Assembly: GCF_000497125.1 (NCBI RefSeq) | Contig: NC_090596.1 | Location: forward strand, 558,001-622,000 | Length of the DNA: 64,000 bases | From: Spironucleus salmonicida | Lineage: Eukaryota | Direction: 5' to 3' | Shown: one piece after another, positions 42,458 through 55,311 of the stretch | Numbering within the stretch: the stretch's first letter is position 1 | How the letters are laid out: each line of letters begins with the position of its first letter | Program-made: the position numbers and the translations under genes | Notes under the pieces: model-generated | What the model saw: only the letters and a program-made list of their open reading frames with translations | What the model was told of the DNA's origin: nothing | Database searches by the model: none

Positions 42458-45400
42458 TCACATGCAGTCCTCGAGTTGCTCTAGAAGTTTCTTTAACCGC
42501 TCTAACTCCATTTTCTGTTTCATTCGCGCAAAGTAAATTTCGCAGTTGTTATTAGCGCAGTTGTCTTCAATGTCCTTTATGCCTTGCTGGCACTAGAAGC
42601 ATTCCATGCCGATGCAGTTCGCACGAAATTCGGTCACGCGCAATTAGTTAACAATCAGATCGTATTTTTGCTAAATTTTTGGGATGTCGCTAACACAGTT
42701 TTGGCACATTTAGCCTTGCTATGATGGATTGTTACAGATGATGCATTTTTAGGTAACTTTGATTCCTAGGCCTTTGATGCCAGCGGCAGTGGACTTAGTA
42801 GTGAAGAGAGTGTGTAGGCCGCTGAAAAGAACACGCGAGGCTTCTTTTTCGGCTTCGTCAATAGATAACTTTGGGGCCAAAACGGGTCCTAGAAGACGTG
42901 AAATTGGCTTCTCCAGTTGTTGATGGAGGTAATAGTCAGTATCTATTTGCAATCCATTTTTAACAGTATAAGATGGGTCTTCTGACCGTTTATAGAGCTC
43001 TTTATCGTTCGTTCTAGTGATTACATATTAAATTCGGTCTCCAATTTTAACAGTATGACCTCTTTACATCATTTTAGTAACGACTGATAAATGTGGTTGA
43101 GATGTGTTTTTATAGTCCTTCATAGCTTATGAGTAAGATTTACTGATGACTAATAATTGAACGTCAATTCTATCTGTTAAAAGATCTTATACAACTGATT
43201 TTACGAATTTGACTGCACCCTGCGGAGAATTTTCAAAAAATAAAAATTCTAATACCCGTTTCATAGTTATAGGTACTAATTAACAATTATCTCGACGCAC
43301 TAGTTCCAGACCTTTAACATCAATTTTGTCATATTTTTCTAAATTTGTCCAATACAAACCAGCATATCTCTTCTTGTTTATTAATAAATATGGGCAATAA
43401 ACCTTTTCAAACTCTAGACTGATTGGTGCTTTAAATTTTAGTGTAACAAATTTTGCAGCATGAATCGCTAACTTAAAAGATTCTTCAAGAGTTTTCACAC
43501 CAAATTTAATCATAACAGAATCTGTATCGCCGTAAATAACTTATGCTGACGATGATAGGACCATCTTTTCATCGTTATCTAATGTTAATTCTGTACCCTT
43601 TATATAGTTTTGCTCTACTTAATTTTTTGTAAATTCAATCATTTATCTACCGAATGAGGTTACCGATGATGAAATTTCAATAGATGGTAATTTACCATTT
43701 TATAGAGCCCCAGTAAATCCATAAAGTGAATTTGCTGTAATTTTTAAAGCTAGTTGTCTACCATTAAGAACATTTAACTCTAATGCATCCTTAGCATTCT
43801 TCATATCTTTTTTAGCTGAGGAACGCGCAGTCAGTAGTTATTTTAATATCATTGGCAGTAACCCTTCTTCGATATCCTAATTTAAAAAATAGAAATTCTA
43901 AGGTGTTTTTGTAACATATCTTGAATTTAAAAGCTCCTCAAAACTCATATTTAATCCAGTTGTTTTATTAAAATAAGTTATATCAAAGTTATTTGCTTCT
44001 ACTAATGTTGAATAACACAGATTGTGAGCAATAATAATAGATGGATACAGAGACGAAAAATCTAAAGTTGAAATTGGTGTATTTTTATCATAGTAACCTC
44101 TAACAGGTTCTAATACGGTTGCTCCTTCCAGTTCATCTTCTTCATCTCCATCTTCTTTAAAACCAGTAGAACTACCAGACCGAATACGCATTGGTATAAG
44201 AATTTTATTTTACTTACAATACCTTGCTAATAGTGAAACCATTCGAACTTATTATCCTTATTTTGTTAAAACACTTAATGTTACTCCCGTAACTTTCGAC
44301 ATTTCAAATACTTAAAATACTATCATAAGCTTATTTAATAATAAAATAGGTAATTATGCATCTTTTAAACAATATTAAGCAACCGTTTTTCTATCCTATG
44401 GAGTGCCATTATACAATGGGGTAATCATGGAATAGTGTACATCATCTTTCTGCATTTTTAAGAATTCGGCAGAAACACTATTTAATGAGTAACTTCTTAA
44501 CTTGAAACCTAACTAAATTTGTGGTAAAACATCTAGAGATACTCTTCCAGGAATATTTATATCATAACTTTCCCTGGTACCTAACTAGTTACTAGTAAAT
44601 GTTTTTGGTGTAGCTTTAGCCTTAAAACTTGAAAATCTTGAAAATGTAACATCAACATTATTGATTTCTGCCCTTTTAAATACGTATGGCCAATCAAAAT
44701 TATCAATATTATATCCTGTTAACAAATCTGGGTCAAACTCTTTTATATATTGAAAGAAAGCATGTAAAACCTCTCTTTCTGTTTCGAACCAAATAATTCT
44801 ACCAGTTTTTAATTATGATACTTCTTTTAAAGCAAATACTATATTTTCTGATTATTGACTACCCTAAATACAGCTTACACATCCTATATCTATAATTTGA
44901 TCTTCTTCTCTTTCAGCTTTTGGAAATCCCTAATAGCTCACACATTCAATATCGAAACTTAAAATACGAATTTACGCATTATTTATTTAGTCTAAAGATT
45001 ACAAATCTTCAAATTTAGCCGTGATATTTATTTAGCAGTTTTCCTATTGAGAAATTGCAAATTTATTAACTTTGCACCATCCACATCCAACTAAATTCGC
45101 ATCTACAAGAAAACGTGTTTTATCATCAATTTCAGTGTTAAACTACTGCTACTTAGGGAACAAATTTCGTAAACCTGCTAGAAGAGATGACTAAGGAGCT
45201 GAAATTTTGAAAAAATTAGAAAACTGATGATGATTTTTATATATGGATCTGTGATTCTCAAGTTTAACAACCATAAAATTTTATTAGTTGTTAGATTTAA
45301 TGAATTACGTTACTTCAGCTTCAGTTTTAAAATTATTAGTACCTAATAAAAAATAGTGTTAAAAGTTTTATATTTTTACTGAAATTGAATTTCCTGCATC

Positions 45401-45523
45401 AGTTACTCCAAACATAGTAATAGTAGTATTTGGGGCTAAATCTTACTAATGAATGTCTATAATTTAAAATATAAAACTCTCTTAACCTGTTGGAATTTCT
45501 GGACGTTGATGTTAGGTGTACAT
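42458..45523 (-). CDS. POLD1: DNA polymerase delta catalytic subunit (1021 aa)
   Basis: [50 protein letters not shown] and a C-terminal Cys cluster. Confidence 0.95.
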
Positions 45524-45711
45524 ATAAAAGAAGTGGTAATATAAAAATAACCATATAATATTTCTTTTATAGGAAGTCAATAATATGCAGAATGTTTATA
45601 ATTTCAATATTTTTTATTTCTAAAACTTATTAAACCAGGAAAGTAACGATTAAGATATCTTTAAATAAAATTATTTAAGTTTATTACATATTTACATTAA
45701 TATTTATTAAT

Positions 45712-46371
45712 ATGAGATACCTATATTCAGAAATGGGACAAGATTAGTCAAAATAATTAAATTCATCAGAAAATTAAAAATAATCAGACAATATAAAATT
45801 ATAGTGGGTGACTTGTGAAAATACACCAGAGGTATTCTAGGCATATTTCTCAGACCTAGGATTCGATACGAGCGTGGTTGATATATATGACGAATCCCAG
45901 AATGCTAACGTCTTGATAGGAATCTTCAATTGGGATCTTCGTGATAAAATAGTATAAGACTTCCAATAAACTCAGGTAAATACCATACAGTAGACTATTG
46001 AGAACGCGTGCGCCGACATTGCTATCCTTCACGCTCTATTTTCTCAGGGCAAGTCCAACAAGCTGCTAGGGCAGATACTCGCAACTAGGTCTATCCAGAG
46101 TGTCGGGCAAATTGAGCAACTCCATATAAAACACGCCGGCGCCCACGAGAAGATTCGCATTAGGAAGAATGCACTGAGGGATTCATCCGCTAGCGCCGAC
46201 TCGCCCCCGCGACAGTCGTACCACTACATCGCGCTCGCACTTCAGGACGGTAGGCTGGTCCTCTACGATGGTCTTCAAAAGCACGCTCTTTCCAGACCAG
46301 CCGACACCACGCTCGTCTAGGCCGGGCTGGAGATGGTCGACGTGCAGTGGCTGGGAGTTGAGTTTATATGA
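45712..46371 (+). CDS. Ubiquitin C-terminal hydrolase, peptidase C12 (UCH-L3-like; 219 aa)
   Basis: WVTCENTPEVF, QTIENACADIAILH (Gln/Cys), YHYIAL (His), LYDGL (Asp); alternative start at 45733. Confidence 0.85.
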
Positions 46372-46375
46372 TTCC

Positions 46376-48325
46376 TCACTCGAACTCCGCAAACTCGAAC
46401 TGGACCAGCAGGTCGCCGAAGTCGTACGGCCGGGCCTCCAGCTGCTCGAAGTTCTTCAGGTGCACACTAATGCAGAAGTTGACCAGCTGCACGTAGCTGG
46501 CCTGGACCTGTTCCGCCTCGAATGCGCTGAAGTTGGCCAGCACGTTGTAGTTGAACCGAAGGAACTAGTTCTGGATCGACACTGCGCGCGAGCTCTGGAT
46601 CGTGGCATGGAGCGAGTCGAGTGCGGTGCTGGGCGGGATCAGCTGGATCACCCCCTTCGACACCTGGCTGATCTTCGCGAAGCTCTGCTCGTTGAGCACG
46701 TGCACCAGCCGTGCCAGCTGCGGCCCGTCCAGAAGCCGGCTCAGCTGCTTGGACTGCGCGTGGAAGTGGCCGCTCCTCGGCTCTAGGGCGAAGAGGTCCA
46801 GCATCGCGAGGCACTTCCCGCAGCTCACCCTGTCGAGCTGGAGCAGGAACGGCAGCACCGTTCCCTCGTCCAGGTGCCGCTGAAGCTCCGCCGGGTCCCG
46901 CGCGAATACCGTTGCCAGCTCCTCCGCCCTCTGCGAGCGGAACTCGTGCATCTGCTGCATGACCAGGCCGTGCCTCGCGATTTCAGCGAACTGCTGCGTC
47001 CGGAGCGCCGTCTTGAGCATCTTCCGCACGAAGAACACGTACGCCTGGAATGGGTGCTGCGTGAACTGCTTCAGAACGTCGAGGTCGATGTTGTTCAGCT
47101 GCTGGTCTAAGTGCCGCGAGTCAGCCGGCGCCGGGCCAAAGAGCACCAGCTTGAGCTGCTCGAGCACGTCGACCTCTGGTGCGAACGTGTACCTGCCGTC
47201 CACGGTCTCTAGGCAGAAGGCGCCCAGCTTCTGGCAGAGCCGGATCAGGCCCAGCACCTGGCTCCAGGACAGCACGAACTCCTCATAGAGCACGCGCGGG
47301 CCCACTAAAAGCTCCCGGGCGCTCTCGCAGTGCAGGAAGGCCTCGATCTGGCTGTAGAAACCGAACTGGCGCACCCGGGCGAAGTCGATCTTCAGGCAGC
47401 TCTGTACGAGCTCGCCCTCATCCTCGTAAAACTTCGATAGCGGGAAGTTGATCTCTATCTGGCGCCGAAAATCGTCGCACCGCTGGACCCGCTACAGGTC
47501 GCGGATCTGAACGAACTGCTGGGCATACTTTAACGCCTGGCCCTCGTTGCAGTCCTCGATCTCGGTCCGGATCTTCTTCAGCAAGTGCAGCGTCCGCCCC
47601 GCGAAAGCCTCCTCGATCTTGTCCAGCTTGCACGCAGTAAGGTTCTCAATGAACACGGACAGCACTGGCAGGGTCATCCGCTTCAGCGACTTGTCAGGAT
47701 TTTGGTACAGCGAGATGAGCTCGCGCTTCTTTTGCATCTGGGTATGATCGGCAGCGTTGCACTGCAGCAGCTGCGTGAACGGCGGCCGAGGTGCGGCGTC
47801 CCATAGCTGCTTGGCAGCCCCCGGGCCGTTGCCGAACTTTTCCTCCAGCACCCCCAGAGAGCGCGGCCCTCGGAACTCCAGGAGTGCCGTGAGGGACACT
47901 GTGGGGAACTCGGCGAAGAACTAGTTCTGCGAGGTCAGCTGGGTCCGGTACCCCAGGTAGCAGGAAAGCAACAGCGAGAGGATGAGGAGCTCCGCCTTCT
48001 CTTTGAGCGTAGTACCGCCAAACATGCTCAGGTACGTGAAATTTCTCTAGAATTTGGAAAAAAGTGTCGCGCTGAGCTTGCCGCTCGCTATGACCTAGAC
48101 GCCCGAGACAATGGTTGTCAGGCGGTTGATGAGGTCCACGTCCGGTTTTGTGAAGCTCACGTACTCAAAGTCATAGCTCTCTTGCAGCTACGGCTCTGGA
48201 AAAATAGCTGATATACATGAGGACCTAAAAATGAATGAAACAAGATCTAAAATTTCATTACATTATGCAATAAGAGATTTTAATGGCATATTTATATGAA
48301 TTATAAATTTTTCAAAACTATTCAT
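46376..48325 (-). CDS. GC-rich orphan protein, probably alpha-helical (649 aa); full-length member of a three-copy family
   Basis: ATG at 48325 in frame with track ORFs 47492-47899 and 46565-47374; ends GAG TGA; no family recognised. Confidence 0.8.
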
Positions 48326-48471
48326 TTTTATATACATATAAAATATAAACAAATATATAATCTTATGCTATTTATAAAATCAGGATTTGGTTAATAATAA
48401 ATTTAATGAAAAAATTAAGATAGTATAAATAATAATATACGGATAATATACGGATAATTAAGTTTATAACA

Positions 48472-49212
48472 ATGAACAGATTTACTGAATAAAAAAATAG
48501 AAGAGTAGAATTAGTATTTGACACAATTGTGCTACTTCTCACAGTTGGTTTATTTATTTATGATGATTTATCTAGTTCACCGATCGAAAATATAGTAACA
48601 ATATAGTAAAATGCAGATCCAACATTTTTTATATCTAAAGTAGAAAATCCTTCTCAAGAAACCTTCTGTTATTCCGGAATATCTTCTGAATATGATCAGT
48701 ATATATGCTATGCTATTAAGCCATAACCTAATTTTTAGATTGAATAATCATTTGTAGGCCCTTTAAAACTAAACTATATAAAAATGGAAAGAGATGGTAC
48801 CTTCTCTTCAGAATTTCAGGAACTATAAGATAAAAGTATATTTACGGTAACAAATTATAAACTTAATCTTACTCTTTGTGATCTAATTTAAGTAAGAGGA
48901 ACATGTATAACCGGTTTAGATGATTTTTATGTTGTTTCATAAGCTGGATTGTCCGATGCTAATATTTAATTTACTTCTGAAATCAATATTTCAAAAATAC
49001 GAAGAACTAGTACAAATATTTTTGTTAGCTCTTTAATGGTATTTGCAATGCTAATCATTACAATGAGATTTTACGCTAGAGAAAGAAAAACTGCATTTGA
49101 CGCCGAAAATGACACTATTTATAAAAAGGAAAGAAACTACCTCATTGACTTAGAGATTGGTGGAACAACTTAAGGAGATATCAGAGAAGGAGAATTTAGA
49201 GTGAGTTTCTGA
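48472..49212 (+). CDS. Two-TM hypothetical protein, paralog of 41737-42444 (246 aa)
   Basis: Two TM helices; ADPTF..NP..FCYS..YDQYIC..VGP. Confidence 0.75.
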
Positions 49213-49260
49213 ATTATTATATATTTTTAATTATTTTAACGCTTTCCATTTCATTCCAAT

Positions 49261-50025
49261 ATGAATATTATTGTTGAACCTCTCCCAGAGGTAGTGGACA
49301 TGTTATTACCAACTATTTCACACTGTTTCGCGATAACTTAGGAAATAATTTACTTTTACAAGATTGAAAACGACAAATATGTATATTTTTCCTAACTTAA
49401 TGTATAGGGCACCCAAATTGCACACGCTTCAGGACCTCGACTTATAGTTTCAGGAATTTCAGGTACACGAATTTTTCAGGAAAATGTTTAGATTTATGCA
49501 TCAGATGATCCAGCAGACTGTGTATTCACTTCTCCAAGTTCTTCACATTTTGCCATCACACCAAATGTGTTATCTTTTTCCACTTCTGTTTCCACTTAAA
49601 AACTTAGTGTTTAACTACCAGTGCAGCAACTTTCAGTAGGGCCTCTTTTCACCCTGCATGGCCCATTTTTAAGGAAGCAAAACGCTTCATTCTCGACGTT
49701 TTTGACTCGAAATTTTGCTGTTTCTGATAGGTTTGTTTTCATGCTTGGAATTGGGTGCCGAATTTGTGAGAAAATTGGTGAATTTGGTGTTGGAAAAGCC
49801 TTTAATTTACATAATAACGATAATATTTTGTTTGTAGAACTATTGAAAAATGACGAGTTTTTATGCGGATGTAGTGGAGGAAAATTGGTCAAGATTAATA
49901 TATTAGAACTAAATAAAGTCGAATATGAAGAGTTTGCCTAAGTTTAGGGCTAAATTGCAGGTATTTTGGTACAAAAGGATTAGGTGATCGTTTGGAATTA
50001 AGAGAATAACGTTTGGAGATTTTGA
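49261..50025 (+). CDS. Hypothetical protein, beta-strand rich, possibly propeller-like (254 aa)
   Basis: ATG..TGA ORF containing track ORF 49621-49941. Confidence 0.6.
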
Positions 50026-50213
50026 ATAATATTACATAATTTATGGTTTTTTAATTTGAACAATTTTAGTGTTCCTAAAATAAATATGAATTGATTAAAC
50101 TTTACAAACTATATATTAAATTAATATATTTATCGTATATATTATATTTTCTATAATTATTACTTTTTATAACACTATGTAATAATAATAAATTGTCGTT
50201 TCTATTTTGTAAA

Positions 50214-52087
50214 ATGGAATTAAGGTATGAATAAATTTCGGCTCAGCCCACACCAGTAGACGGTATACCGCCTCTATTGCATCTAATACAAGATTTAGAT
50301 GTAGAAAAAGAATTCTAGATAAGTGAATGAACAGTTCATAAATTTACTGAGAAATTAAGGTTCAAGTAAACTACCGACCATCAAACTTAATATATTTTCT
50401 AAAATTACTACTATATATAAATAGTAATTTAACCTTATAATGATAAGTAATTAATTTAGGAACTGTAATTTTATTCATTAAATAAATTAAATAATAAATT
50501 ATATATAAATTATTAATAATTGCCTTTCTAATGAGTAACGGAAACGATATTGATAAATACATAAAAAATTTAGCCACACAAGTGAAATAAACTTGGATCT
50601 AGGAGAGTCAAGATATATAATACGAAGAGGATAAATAGTAATACTAATATATATTAAATTCATAAATTTTAAAGTCTAATACTCTGATAGAAGCTCCTAT
50701 ATCAGTTTATAAACCAAACGATAAGTATAAAATTGATGAAATTATTAAATACTGTACTGCATTATATTCGCTAAGTGGCTCTTAACAAGATCAAGATATA
50801 GCTTAAACGCTTCTTTAAACCTAAAAATTGAACGAAATTTTACCACAGTATGCGATACTGAGACTTTTTAAGAATGTTAATAACAATATTAAATAAAGAA
50901 AGATAAACATGCCTCAGTCTAAGATTAACTATAATTGCTGGTCATTGGAGTCTATAAATTAGACAAAAAATCATTTTACTTTAGAGATTAAAAGATCGTA
51001 GAATTTATTGGAAATTCTGGGCTTCATCAAAGAGTCTTTAGATTCTTGCTATTAGTAAACAGAACGTTATTAAAGGAAATCTTTAAAACACCCTATCATA
51101 TCGTAATAAATTTAACAGTCTCACGAATAAGATCAAGAACTTACCATACGTCTTTTAAATTAAGAAAACAAATAAAATACATCAAATTCATTGAAACTTA
51201 TTTAAGAAAAATATGATAAAGTAGACATGATACAAGATCTATAACCAAGGTTAAATAATGTATAATAACAGTTAACTTAATAAAATTAATATCAGTCATA
51301 AGAGCCTAACCAAAAATCGATATAACTATTCAAACAAAAAACTACTAAACATAAGAGAAATTAAATAAGTCGACTAGGTTCACCGTTGCTTCATAAAAAT
51401 GGTGAATTATATGTAAATCAAATAATGCAAATAATGATAGATGATTCTAATACATAGAATCAACCGGTTAGTTAGCAGCTACTTCAAGAAACATAAATAG
51501 AAATGGAAAAACAAGATAATCTTGAAAAAGAACAAAGATAACCATAACCTTTAGATAATGATTCAATAAATCTTGCGCTTTTAAACTAATGCAATTTACC
51601 TAAAATATTGGCTCCATCTCTAGACAGTGCATAAGATTATCTTTAGAATAAATTTAATACTTAAGATAGTTAATAGTAACCTATTATATAAAATGGTTTA
51701 TATTAAAATAAACAAAATTAGGATAAATCTGATTTTAATTAACTCATATAACCTTCAGTTACTTAACCATGTGAAAAAGACCTAATATTGAAGAATATTA
51801 ATACTAGTAGTTTACCATAGTTTGTTTAGTCCTAAGAATACGAATCACAAACAAAAGTCTCAATATCTAGTGAAATTTCAGATGGTAAAGTTAATTTAAA
51901 AACTTTAACCATTTAGGAGAAAAAAGAAATTAAAACTTTGATATTATCAAATATTATAGATATAGAAGCTATAATTTTGGCTTATTAACATGTTAAGTAA
52001 TAAGAGGTTTTAGACTTTATTGAAAATTTTAAGTAATTTAAGAATAAATTGGAAAAATTAACTACTACAATTTATAAGAAGCTTTGA
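50214..52087 (+). pseudogene. Fragmented Gln/Asn-rich coding-like region
   Basis: Protein-like stretches appear to change frame several times, with an early TGA near 50330. Confidence 0.35.
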
Positions 52088-52152
52088 TTTATAAATTTTA
52101 TTAATATGAGTCGAAAATCGAGCATAATAGTGAGTTTGGCAATCCAAATAAT

Positions 52153-52467
52153 ATGAAATATACTTAGCATACTTTATAGAATATCTACATTATATAAACT
52201 ATTTCACTATGCTATCAATACCATTCATCAAATTCGCCATCAGTGGAAATTTCTGCTATTATTGAACTGGCTGATGAAATTCGTGCTTTGTACCGAACAG
52301 GTTATTTAAAAATAAGGCTTGCTCTATGTAATGTTTAAATAGCAAATGATGATTCTATATGTTATGAATCATCATATATTGTTTCATGTCCAATTGTCTA
52401 TTTTAAAGATAATGTATTTTCATTAGTTTATGTCTAAATTGCTACTCCCATTAGAAAAGACAACTGA
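52153..52467 (+). CDS. Small hypothetical protein (104 aa)
   Basis: ATG..TGA ORF only. Confidence 0.35.
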
Positions 52468-52592
52468 GAGAATTAATCAAATTTGGTACAATATATTATT
52501 ATTTTTTCTTAAATTTTTAAATTTATCTTGTATAGGTTTTCTTGAAATATTGTTATATTTATATAACATTTTTATTATCTGGAGATATAAAT

Positions 52593-52675
52593 TGCTAACT
52601 GTGGGGTTCGAACCCACGCGTACTCACATACATAACGGCCTAAACGTTACGCCTTAACCTCTCGGCCAAGTTAGC
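52593..52675 (-). tRNA. tRNA-Leu(UAG)
   Basis: GCTAACT acceptor stem, TGGCCGAGAGGTTAAGGC D-arm, TAACG-TTTAGGC-CGTTA anticodon arm, long variable arm, GGTTCGAACCC T-arm. Confidence 0.95.
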
Positions 52676-52715
52676 TGATATATAAATTATTATATAATAC
52701 AATATTAACTCTTTA

Positions 52716-52874
52716 TCACCAAATTCCATATCTCGCTTCTGACTCAGATGTAATTTCATCTTAGGAACGAACTCTCTTAACGGGCTTTACTTCTGATGGC
52801 ATAAAATGCTATATCCTAGGATCATATTTTTGTTGTAATATTTCATTTGCAATCGTCTATGAGTCCAGTTTCAT
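52716..52874 (-). CDS. Putative micro-protein (52 aa)
   Basis: MKLDSQTIANEILQQKYDPRIQHFMPSEVKPVKRVRSQDEITSESEARYGIW. Confidence 0.35.
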
Positions 52875-52964
52875 TTCTGAATAAAATACTAGGATGGAAA
52901 CTATGCCCTTTATTATTATATACTAAATAATGTAATTTACTCGACTAAATTTTACTTTCTCCAA

Positions 52965-53774
52965 ATGCTCTTTAACGTCCAGCCTGTTGATTCACAGAAT
53001 TACTTCTATTTTGAAATCTCCCAAACAGTTTCTACAGAGGAGGCAACTAAAACTACCCTTGAAATGGTCAATTAATTATCATTCTTTATTTCGGCCAAGC
53101 AGCTCTTCCTAGACCTAGCAGCGCATGGTCTGATGCGCTCTGAGGAGGCACGTGGACTCGAGGAAATTTAATCAGGTGAACCGACCCCAGGCCCACATAT
53201 GGACACCCAGAAATACCGCTGTGGGCACCAGCCGTCCGAAAAGGCAATTGAGCTCCTGAGAGAAGTTGCAGCCAAAGTTGATGTTCTAACATAGTAGCAT
53301 GCGCAGCATAATGCATTATCTACAATGGATTTTGTTAACTTGCTAGAATTCGCGAAAGGGACCCTCATAATAGCTTACCCCGGCGGTCTAGCGCATGACC
53401 CTCTAGGACAGCTTTTCGACTAGTTCGAAGAGTATAAGCTTGGCAAGTTCAACGAGGCAAACTTTTTCGATGTTGAGGCTGGTGCAGTGTTCTTTGCAAA
53501 CAAGACACTCATTTCGCGCGGTGAGACCCTGAAATGTCTGAACTGTAGCGACAATACTACGATAAAAGTTATTCCAAGCAGGTCTGCAACGTACGCACCA
53601 CGTGGTTCAGACGACTAGATGAAGGCAGAAGCGATGAAGTACGCATTTGACAGGTAGAAAAGGCTTAAGGAGGCCGAACTCAAGACCGAAGACGATGTTT
53701 TTAGTAAGGAATGGGCTGATCCAAGTGGTATGAGGAGGGGATTTATGGGTATGGGCGATGTAAGATTTAAATGA
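52965..53774 (+). CDS. CFAP298: Cilia/flagella-associated protein CFAP298 (C21orf59/FBB18)-like (269 aa)
   Basis: LAAHG, KYRCGHQP, KGTLIIAYPGGL..DP, FFANK, WADPSGMRRGFMG. Confidence 0.75.
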
Positions 53775-53976
53775 GAGAAATGTACAGGTGAGATTTATTG
53801 GTTCAATTTGGGTGTTGGGATATGTAAAGGAAAATGTGTGTAGGTAAAGAGGAGGCGATAGTTCAATTCCTGCTGGGGCAATGAATGCGGCACGGATTAT
53901 ATCAGAAGGATGGTAAAATTGGCGGAAGGTCTAGTTACAGTACAGAACCGTTAAGGAGGTAACGAAAATACAAAGC

Positions 53977-54408
53977 TCACTTCTTGTGGTCAGGCTGGGC
54001 GCGCTTGCCGATCCGGGTGGCGAGCTCCATGTCGGGCTGCATGATGGTGACGCGCTTGGCGTGCTCGGCGCACATCTGCGTGTCGACGAAGAGGTTGATG
54101 AGGTAGTTCTCGGAGGCCTCCTGCAGCGCCTGGATGGCGAGGCCCTGGAAGCGGACGTCGTTCTTGTTGTAGTTCGTGACGAGCTCACGCACGAGCTTGG
54201 AGAAGGGCAGCTTGCGGATCAGGAGCTCGGTGGACTTCTGGTACTTCTTGATCTCGCGCGTGGCGACCGCGCCCTGCTTGGACCTGCGCGTCTTCTTCAC
54301 GCCCCCGGCGGTGCCAGCGGTCTTGCGGGCCGCCTTCCGGGCGATGGTCTTCCGTGGGGCCTTGGTGGCGGAGGTGGACTTCCTTGCGGTGTGCTTCGTG
54401 CGGGCCAT
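53977..54408 (-). CDS. H3: Histone H3, diplomonad type (143 aa)
   Basis: [52 protein letters not shown]; very high GC3. Confidence 0.98.
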   Translation of the reverse strand: MARTKHTARKSTSATKAPRKTIARKAARKTAGTAGGVKKTRRSKQGAVATREIKKYQKSTELLIRKLPFSKLVRELVTNYNKNDVRFQGLAIQALQEASENYLINLFVDTQMCAEHAKRVTIMQPDMELATRIGKRAQPDHKK

Positions 54409-54685
54409 TTTTGAAGGAGGGAACCGGGCCGGAGCGGCGCCGGCGCGTGAAACCAGCTATCGGGAAAAGGAGCGGTGCGTTCCACCCGCGCAGTTTGGAT
54501 TACAAAATCAAATATTTAATAATTGAACATATAAAATAGTTAAATATACTCATATTAATTTTTATTTGCTACATTGTTCAGCGCACATTATAAAAGCCCC
54601 AATTATCTCACTCTTTCCACAAATATTTTTAAATATATTATATTAATATTTATCATATAATATTCATACCAAAAATTAACTCACA

Positions 54686-55288
54686 ATGAACCTAGTAAAA
54701 CTGTTTACTCCAGACGGCTCCTATCATACCTTGTAGTTTTAAGCTACTGATACACTCGCAGATATAAAGTTAAAAATCCTCTAAAAGTATGAAAAATAAC
54801 TAGCGCACAGCGATTTCCGCATTCTCACAGACGGGGTAATTCTCCCAGAAGTTACTAAAATCGAATAAATCCAGTAGAAAAATCTCCAAATCCGACGAAT
54901 TTTCATATCAAACCTATTTCAAACGGAAATGAATCTGGACAACGACGCGCTCTCGAACTAGGAGCTCAGCGCGCGAAATCAGACCAATCTGGACCTACTA
55001 AAATCAACAATTTTTGAGGCTTTTTTGATCCGAAAAAACGGCGAAAATCACGAATTTCAGACAGTTTTAGCGGTCAGCGAGCTTGGGATTTTTCAGCTTG
55101 ACGACCAAAATGAGCAGATTGGTGGATGCTTGTGGGAGCATTTGCAGGGAATTTAAATCGTAGGAGATTCTATTTTTGCAATCAAAGTCGAAGGTTTTCT
55201 GATCGAGTTCTACTGCGAAAAAGCTGCTAATTTTATTGAAATATGCACAGGATGGTAAAGAAGAAGGGTAATTGCGGTATGTAAGTGA
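54686..55288 (+). CDS. Hypothetical protein with ubiquitin-like N-domain and PH-like C-domain (200 aa)
   Basis: VKLFTPDGSYHTLQFQATDTLADIK; LAVSELGIFQL..CLWEHLQGI; ends AAG TGA. Confidence 0.65.
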
Positions 55289-55311
55289 ATGTATAATAAT
55301 TACTAAATTCG

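Noticed and set aside
46376-48189. Bacterial contamination or chimeric assembly as the source of GC-rich blocks
   Set aside because: The blocks use TAG as a sense codon, end in AGTGA and are in frame with AT-rich host sequence.
48431-48457. Short tandem duplication (ATAATATACGG x2)
   Set aside because: Only two units; ordinary slippage, not an array or CRISPR.
52593-52675. tRNA with TAG in the anticodon loop as a suppressor for reassigned TAG codons
   Set aside because: Anticodon UAG reads CUA (Leu) and the long variable arm fits tRNA-Leu; decoding UAG codons needs anticodon CUA.
53986-54539. ORFs antisense to histone H3
   Set aside because: GC3-driven shadow frames.
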